From an uncultured Opitutales bacterium (lineage in GTDB: Bacteria > Verrucomicrobiota > Verrucomicrobiia > Opitutales > Intestinicryptomonadaceae), in contig CAKUIA010000001.1 in the NCBI GenBank assembly GCA_934660865.1, forward strand, positions 120,001 through 152,000: 32,000 nucleotides of DNA, read 5' to 3'. Shown here in pieces: positions 27,335-32,000 of the stretch (positions are counted from its first letter, which is position 1; every line of letters begins with the position of its first letter). Under the pieces are notes generated by a model, which was given only the letters and a program-made list of their open reading frames with translations, did no database searches and had not been told where the DNA came from. The translations under genes were made by a program, and so were the position numbers.

Positions 27335-28159
27335 ATGATGAAACTATTTAATATAACTATTATGGTTTTTTTGGCAATGTTTGCCGCCCAAAGCACATTT
27401 GCCGAAAAAGGGAATCGAAAAATTGCCGTGCAAAGCTATTCTTTTAGGCTTTTCACCTACGAAGAACTTGCGCCTATGATGAAGTCTATAGGCGTTCAGG
27501 GCTTGGGCTGCTCGGGCGGAATGGAAATCAGCAAAAAGTGGCCAAAGGCAAAATTCGGCCCCGATATGACCGACGAGCAAAAGGCCTTTGTGCGCGAAAT
27601 CGCAAAAAAATACGACCTAAAATTTGTCTCGTACGGCGTTGTAAGCCCGCAAAAGGAGGAACAAATTGAAAGAATAGCCAAATTCGCCAAGGAAATGGGC
27701 ATAAACACCGTAATTACCGAATCGCCCGAACAGCTATTGCCATGCTGGGAAAAGAATTGCGAAAAATACGGCATAAGAATGGCCATTCACAACCACGCAA
27801 AGGAAGTGAAAAACGGCTATTGGAACCCCGAAAAAGTTGCGAAAATGATTGCGCCCTTCAAGCATATCTACGCCTGCGCCGACAACGGGCACTGGTCGCG
27901 CGCGCAGGTAAAAAGCCTGGACGGCTACAACACGCTAAAGGGGCGTTTGGCCGTTATACACTTTAAAGACCAAAAAGAATTCGGCAACCCGCGCAACCAG
28001 CCCGTTGTGTTCGGCACTGGGCAGCTAAACTGCAAAGAGCTTTTAAAGGCTCTCGACGCCCAGGGCTACGACGACTATTTTGTTATAGAATACGAAGCCA
28101 ACTGGGAAAACAATTTGGCGCTGGTAGAACGCTGCGCCGAATTTTTAAGAAACAACTAG
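27335..28159 (+). CDS. Exported xylose-isomerase-like TIM-barrel protein (sugar phosphate isomerase/epimerase family)
   Basis: The signal peptide is MMKLFNITIMVFLAMFAAQSTFA. The remainder matches the AP-endonuclease-2 / xylose-isomerase-like TIM-barrel pattern (IAVQSYSF..., ...IHNH..., ...VIHFKD..., ...FVIEYE). A strong terminator follows at 28182-28224. Confidence 0.8.
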   Translation: MMKLFNITIMVFLAMFAAQSTFAEKGNRKIAVQSYSFRLFTYEELAPMMKSIGVQGLGCSGGMEISKKWPKAKFGPDMTDEQKAFVREIAKKYDLKFVSYGVVSPQKEEQIERIAKFAKEMGINTVITESPEQLLPCWEKNCEKYGIRMAIHNHAKEVKNGYWNPEKVAKMIAPFKHIYACADNGHWSRAQVKSLDGYNTLKGRLAVIHFKDQKEFGNPRNQPVVFGTGQLNCKELLKALDAQGYDDYFVIEYEANWENNLALVERCAEFLRNN

Positions 28160-28181
28160 GCAACTTTTTTGCATAACGTTT

Positions 28182-28224
28182 GACAAGCCCCGCAGTTTTA
28201 AAGACTATGGGGCTTGTCTTTTTT
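28182..28224 (+). terminator. Rho-independent terminator
   Basis: GACAAGCCCC (28182-28191) pairs with GGGGCTTGTC (28209-28218) across a 17-nt loop. It is followed by a T6 run. Confidence 0.8.
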
Positions 28225-28265
28225 AAGGCAAACGCAATCTCGACAATCTAAATTTGCACACAAAT

Positions 28266-30353
28266 ATGAATATTTGGAAAAAGCTTTTTCTTTCGGCAAT
28301 TTTTTTAGTTTCGGCAATAACATCCGGGTGGGCAACAACGCCGCTTAATTTGGAAACACCCGTTTTCGGCGGCCAGGTTATAATAGAGCCAGGGCAAAGC
28401 GACGAATATATAGAAACGCTTTTTAAACGCCTAGGCGAAAACAATATGAATGTGTGCCGCATAAGAATGTTCGAATCGTACATGACAAACGACGACGGCA
28501 CGCGCGACTATTCGCTTTTCGACAAAGCATTTAAATATGCCGAAAAATACAACGTTAAAATAATAGGCACATTCTTTCCCAAAACCGAAAAAACCGACAT
28601 AGGCGGCTGGAAGTTCCCCTACGACAACGCCCAGTTAAACTCGTTTGCAAAATTCATAAAAGACGCAGCTTTACACTTTAGACAATACAAAAGCCTGGCG
28701 GCCTGGGTGCTTATAAACGAACCCGGAGGAAGTTTAAGAAACTGCCCCTTTGTAAACGAAAAATACTCGGAATTTTTAAAGCAAAACCCCGACCCATACA
28801 AGCTGCCTAGCGGCAGGCTGCAACTGGTAAGCTTTTCGCGCGAAAAGTTTGCAAGGCACGCCACAAGCCAAATGCTGCGGTGGATTGCCAACGAAGTCAG
28901 AAAATACGACAAATCCGTCCACTTGCATGTAAACACCCACGCAATATTTTTCAATGCAACCGAATACGACTTCCCCTATTGGCGCACATTTCTTTCAAGC
29001 TTTGGCGGCTCGGCACACCCCGGGTTTCACTACGTAGACTTTAGCCAGCAAAACTACACTTTTGCGATTGCCGCCAACGGCGAAATAATAGATTCTGGGG
29101 CGGCCAACACCCCATGGTTTATGACCGAAATTCAGGGCGGCAACAATACCTACAGCGCGCAAAAGCCCTATTGCCCCACAAAAGAAGACATAGCAAAATG
29201 GCTTTGGAGCGTTTTGGGCGCAAACGGCAAAGGAGCAATATTCTGGTCGCTTAACCCCCGCGCCTCGGGCTTTGAATCCGGCGAATGGGCCTTGCTAGAC
29301 TTCCAAAACAACCCGTCAGACAGAATGATTATGGCGGCAAAAGTTGCAAAATGCGTAAACGAAAATTTGCAAATTTTCAGGTCGCTAAAAAAGGCAAAAC
29401 AAAATACAACCCTTATATATACAAAAGAAAGCCTTTGGGCGGAAGGCCGCCAAGCCCAAAACTACGGCAAAAAATTTATATGGCAAAGCATTAACGGATA
29501 TTTTAAGGCTCTTGCCCAAGGCGGCAATGTTCCCGCAATTAGCGCGTTCGAAGAGTTCGACTTTTCGAAAGGCGACTATACAAACCAAACCATAATTTTA
29601 ACCCACCAAATTGCGCTTTCCGCCGAGCAGGTTAAAAAGCTTGAAAACTTTGTAGACAAAGGCGGCAATCTTTTTGTAGACGGCCTTACGGGCTTTTACG
29701 ACCACAATTCGGTTTGCACAATGATGACGGGCTTTTTATTAAAGAACCTTTTAGGCGGCCAAATCAGCGAATTTAAAAAGCTTAACGACCGCGACTGTAA
29801 TGTAGATTATAACTTTTTTGAAGACGATAGCGAAAATCGCATAACCTTAAGGGGCAACGCTTGGCGCGGAATAATAAAGCCCGATTCGGCAAAGGTTATC
29901 TATCAAAAAAACGGCGAAGTTTACGCCACAAAAAACAAGTTTGGAAAAGGAACCGCCCTTTGGGTGCCCACTATGCCAAGAAAAGAATACTTTAAATACG
30001 AAGAAGGCATTTTCAGTCTGCTAAAACGCACATTCGATATGCCCGAAAATAAAATTACCTTTAAAAACTACGAGCAAAACGCAATTTTACGGCTTATGGA
30101 ATGCGATTCGGGCTATGTGGCGATTATAATAAACAACCAAAGCGAATTTGCAAAAGGGACAAGCGCCTCTTTGCTGGGCGGCATTTTTGGCAATGGCGAA
30201 AACGAAAAAATCCCGTTAAGAAAAATAGAGCTAAAAACCGAATTAAAAAACCCGAAAATTTTATTCTCTACAAACAATACCGACTTTATAGACGGCAACA
30301 CTCTGCATATTGCAGGCAATAGCGTTTGCGTTTTGTACTACCCCAAAAACTAG
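28266..30353 (+). CDS. Exported GH42-like glycoside hydrolase (beta-galactosidase family)
   Basis: ATG 28266 gives MNIWKKLFLSAIFLVSAITSGWA, a signal-peptide-like N-terminus. The TIM barrel has WVLINEPGG (acid/base Glu context) and WFMTEIQGG (nucleophile Glu context). A trimerisation-domain-like segment is present (IILTHQIALSAEQVKKLENFVDKGGNLFVDG). Confidence 0.8.
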   Translation: MNIWKKLFLSAIFLVSAITSGWATTPLNLETPVFGGQVIIEPGQSDEYIETLFKRLGENNMNVCRIRMFESYMTNDDGTRDYSLFDKAFKYAEKYNVKIIGTFFPKTEKTDIGGWKFPYDNAQLNSFAKFIKDAALHFRQYKSLAAWVLINEPGGSLRNCPFVNEKYSEFLKQNPDPYKLPSGRLQLVSFSREKFARHATSQMLRWIANEVRKYDKSVHLHVNTHAIFFNATEYDFPYWRTFLSSFGGSAHPGFHYVDFSQQNYTFAIAANGEIIDSGAANTPWFMTEIQGGNNTYSAQKPYCPTKEDIAKWLWSVLGANGKGAIFWSLNPRASGFESGEWALLDFQNNPSDRMIMAAKVAKCVNENLQIFRSLKKAKQNTTLIYTKESLWAEGRQAQNYGKKFIWQSINGYFKALAQGGNVPAISAFEEFDFSKGDYTNQTIILTHQIALSAEQVKKLENFVDKGGNLFVDGLTGFYDHNSVCTMMTGFLLKNLLGGQISEFKKLNDRDCNVDYNFFEDDSENRITLRGNAWRGIIKPDSAKVIYQKNGEVYATKNKFGKGTALWVPTMPRKEYFKYEEGIFSLLKRTFDMPENKITFKNYEQNAILRLMECDSGYVAIIINNQSEFAKGTSASLLGGIFGNGENEKIPLRKIELKTELKNPKILFSTNNTDFIDGNTLHIAGNSVCVLYYPKN

Positions 30354-30379
30354 CGCAATTTTTCGGATTTACGGGGAAC

Positions 30380-30451
30380 AGGGCGTTTTTTTAGTCGGGT
30401 TTTTAATTGCAAAAACACAACCAAATAAAACGCCAAAACGCCCTTTTTTTG
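30380..30451 (+). terminator. Composite hairpin followed by a T-run downstream of the GH42-like gene
   Basis: AGGGCGTTTT (30380-30389) pairs with AAAACGCCCT (30435-30444). An inner GTTTTT/AAAAAC hairpin is present, and a T7 run follows. The right arm is preceded by a second AAAACGCC copy. Confidence 0.45.
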
Positions 30452-30490
30452 AAAAAATTTTGCCCAAGCTGCAAATTTTCAAAAAAATGC

Positions 30491-30521
30491 TTGCAATATT
30501 TTTGCGGAAAACTTTTATAAA
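30491..30521 (+). promoter_or_regulatory. Candidate rpsR promoter TTGCAA-N18/19-T(T)ATAA(A)
   Basis: TTGCAA lies at 30491-30496 and TTATAA/TATAAA at 30515-30521. The ATG is at 30543. Confidence 0.4.
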
Positions 30522-30542
30522 TAGCTTTTACAAATATTTACT

Positions 30543-30728
30543 ATGAGCGAACAACCTAAAAGAAAACCAGCTTCCGAATTAAACTTTACGGACACAGAGG
30601 CTCTCAGCCGCTATGTTACCGAAACAGGCAAAATCCTCCCCCGTAAATTTACAGGCCTTACAGCCAAAGAGCAGCGCCACATTAAAAAGAGCGTAAAGCA
30701 CGCGCGCAATATGCTCTTAATGAAATAG
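30543..30728 (+). CDS. rpsR: 30S ribosomal protein S18
   Basis: 61 aa. The core DTEALSRYVTETGKILPRKFTGLTAKEQRHIKKSVKHARNM matches the S18 signature (..ITE.GKI.P.R.TG...K.QR.L...IK.AR..). Confidence 0.9.
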   Translation: MSEQPKRKPASELNFTDTEALSRYVTETGKILPRKFTGLTAKEQRHIKKSVKHARNMLLMK

Positions 30729-30750
30729 GCCTTTTTACGCATATATAGCA

Positions 30751-31734
30751 ATGGGTTTAAAAGGCGACAACGCTTTTGCAAATCCGTCTAACATCGAGCT
30801 GTCTGAAGATATACTTAAGGCGGCTCGTATTATTTTAGACGGCGACTGTGTTGCCGTGCCCACCGAAACGGTGTACGGGCTTGCGGCCAACGCCCTAAAC
30901 GAGAGCGCATGCCGCAAAATTTTCGAGATAAAAAACCGCCCGTTTATAGACCCTTTAATTGTGCATGTTTCGGATATGCAAATGGCCGAAAGCATTGCAT
31001 ACTTTAACGACAAAGCCCGCAAGCTAGCCGAGAGGTTTTGGCCGGGGCCGATGACTATTGTCTTAAAGAAAAAAAACGTAATCCCCGATTTGGTTTCCGC
31101 AAATCTCGACACGGTTGCAATTAGAATGCCGTCGCATAAAATAGCGCACGCCTTAATTGTGGCCTCTAAAGTGCCCTTTGCGGCCCCAAGCGCAAACCCC
31201 TTCGGGTATGTAAGCCCCACAAAGTCGGAACACGTACGCGCCCAGCTGGGCGACAAAATAAAACTTATTTTAGAGGGCGGCCAATGCGACAGGGGTTTGG
31301 AATCTACCATAATCTCGTTGGCAGACCCGAACAAGCCCCTGCTTTTGCGCTTTGGGCCTTTGGCAAGGGAGGAGCTTGAGGAATTTTTGGGCGAAAAAGT
31401 TATAGTTCCCGAAAAGAATCCCGCCCAGCCCATCGCCCCCGGAATGATGAAATCGCACTACAGCCCCAAGGCAAACTTTAGGCTGTTCGAAAACGAAAGC
31501 GAAATTCCCGAAAATTTCGACGGAGCGATTATATTTTTAAAGCGTCCAAGCTGCCCGAAAAACAACCACTTTTGGCTTTCCGAAGACGGAAATTTGGCGG
31601 AAGTTGCAAAAAATCTTTACGACCTTATGCGCAACTGCGACAAAAAATATTCGCAAATACTCTGCCAAAAGCCCGAAAATTCGGGAGTGGGAGCCGCAAT
31701 TAACGACAGACTTGCCAGGGCGAGCAAAAAATAA
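30751..31734 (+). CDS. tsaC: L-threonylcarbamoyladenylate synthase (Sua5/YwlC type, with C-terminal Sua5 domain)
   Basis: 327 aa. YrdC-domain motifs are present: VAVPTETVYGLAANA, IKNRPFIDPLIVHV, FWPGPMT, APSANPFG. Confidence 0.9.
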   Translation: MGLKGDNAFANPSNIELSEDILKAARIILDGDCVAVPTETVYGLAANALNESACRKIFEIKNRPFIDPLIVHVSDMQMAESIAYFNDKARKLAERFWPGPMTIVLKKKNVIPDLVSANLDTVAIRMPSHKIAHALIVASKVPFAAPSANPFGYVSPTKSEHVRAQLGDKIKLILEGGQCDRGLESTIISLADPNKPLLLRFGPLAREELEEFLGEKVIVPEKNPAQPIAPGMMKSHYSPKANFRLFENESEIPENFDGAIIFLKRPSCPKNNHFWLSEDGNLAEVAKNLYDLMRNCDKKYSQILCQKPENSGVGAAINDRLARASKK

Positions 31735-31752
31735 AAAATTTATGGGGCTTTT

Positions 31753-31780
31753 TTGCAAAAAAAGCTTGCACTTGTAATAT
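31753..31780 (+). promoter_or_regulatory. Candidate rplU promoter TTGCAA-N16-TAATAT
   Basis: TTGCAA lies at 31753-31758 and TAATAT at 31775-31780. Confidence 0.4.
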
Positions 31781-31815
31781 AACTATATTTACTGAAACCT
31801 TTTAAATTTACGATA

Positions 31816-32000
31816 ATGAAAGCGACTATTAAAATTCAAGGAAAACAACTGACGGTATCGGAAGGCGAAATCTTTTTCGTAAACCGCTTCTGCGACTCCA
31901 AAGCTGGCGACACAGTTACCATTAACGAAGTTCTTATGCTCGGCGACGGCGCCGAAGCGAAGTTTGGCACGCCCTATGTCGACGGAGCGAGCGTAACCGC
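31816..32000 (+). CDS. rplU: 50S ribosomal protein L21 (3' end outside window)
   Basis: ATG at 31816. [25 protein letters not shown]...[15 protein letters not shown] matches the L21 N-terminal pattern (YAvI..gGKQy.V.eGd...ve.l). This ORF is not in the supplied track because it runs off the window. Confidence 0.85.
   Translation, partial: MKATIKIQGKQLTVSEGEIFFVNRFCDSKAGDTVTINEVLMLGDGAEAKFGTPYVDGASVT

Noticed and set aside
30735-31433. 232-aa minus-strand ORF antisense to tsaC, and similar long antisense ORFs at 1230-1862, 18912-19565, 26096-26722, 23130-23741, 14303-14836 and 15158-15670
   Set aside because: Each lies entirely inside a strongly conserved gene on the other strand. Each has a low-complexity Ser/Arg/Phe-rich composition typical of shadow frames. 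None has its own promoter or terminator signals.
31726-31769. A/T-only inverted repeats (GCAAAAAA...TTTTTTGC, GCTTTTTTGCAAAAAAAGC) after tsaC as a terminator
   Set aside because: The stems are almost purely A-U and thermodynamically weak. The region is better explained as the UP-element-like, A/T-rich surroundings of the rplU promoter.
1-32000. Search for CRISPR arrays, IS or transposon ends, integrases, phage genes, defence systems, and tRNA or rRNA genes
   Set aside because: I saw no regularly spaced repeats, long terminal inverted repeats, or recombinase, nuclease or RT-like ORFs. All intergenic gaps are 347 nt or shorter and are explained by promoters, terminators or leaders.

Overview
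The window holds about 31 tightly packed protein-coding genes on both strands. Most are core housekeeping genes from a bacterium of roughly 47% GC. Sigma70-like TTGACA/TAtAAT promoters and A-tract/T-tract-flanked hairpin terminators are visible. Shine-Dalgarno usage is weak. Lineage cannot be determined from the sequence alone. The SHD1+HExxH protein and the signal-peptide-bearing glycosidases hint at a PVC- or FCB-type organism.

Gene content, left to right:
- End of a MacB-type ABC efflux pump plus its NodT/TolC-type outer-membrane lipoprotein.
- An orphan secreted 541-aa protein.
- A minus-strand purine-themed gene string: purT, AEC transporter, HAD phosphatase, ThiS-like small protein, AzgA-type purine permease.
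- A short AlkA-like DNA glycosylase.
- A GT-A-like protein translationally coupled to a secreted SHD1+HExxH (DUF1570-like) peptidase.
- A secreted metallophosphoesterase.
- rny, clpC, hpt.
- trxA with a tail-anchored low-complexity protein.
- rpsO-pnp with a structured leader and an intercistronic hairpin.
- A ferredoxin, and an unknown protein coupled to hinT.
- uxaB, uxaA and an NT5C-type nucleotidase.
- glyQS.
- An exported TIM-barrel isomerase-like protein and an exported GH42-like glycosidase.
- rpsR, tsaC/sua5, and the start of rplU.

I found no rRNA, tRNA, CRISPR array, transposase, integrase, phage gene, recognisable defence system or biosynthetic cluster. I do not see convincing evidence for a novel multi-gene system. 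The leads below are modest. The best ones are the diglycine-less ThiS-like gene inside the purine operon, the structured rpsO leader, the GT-like/SHD1-peptidase pair, and apparently short-leader or leaderless promoters.
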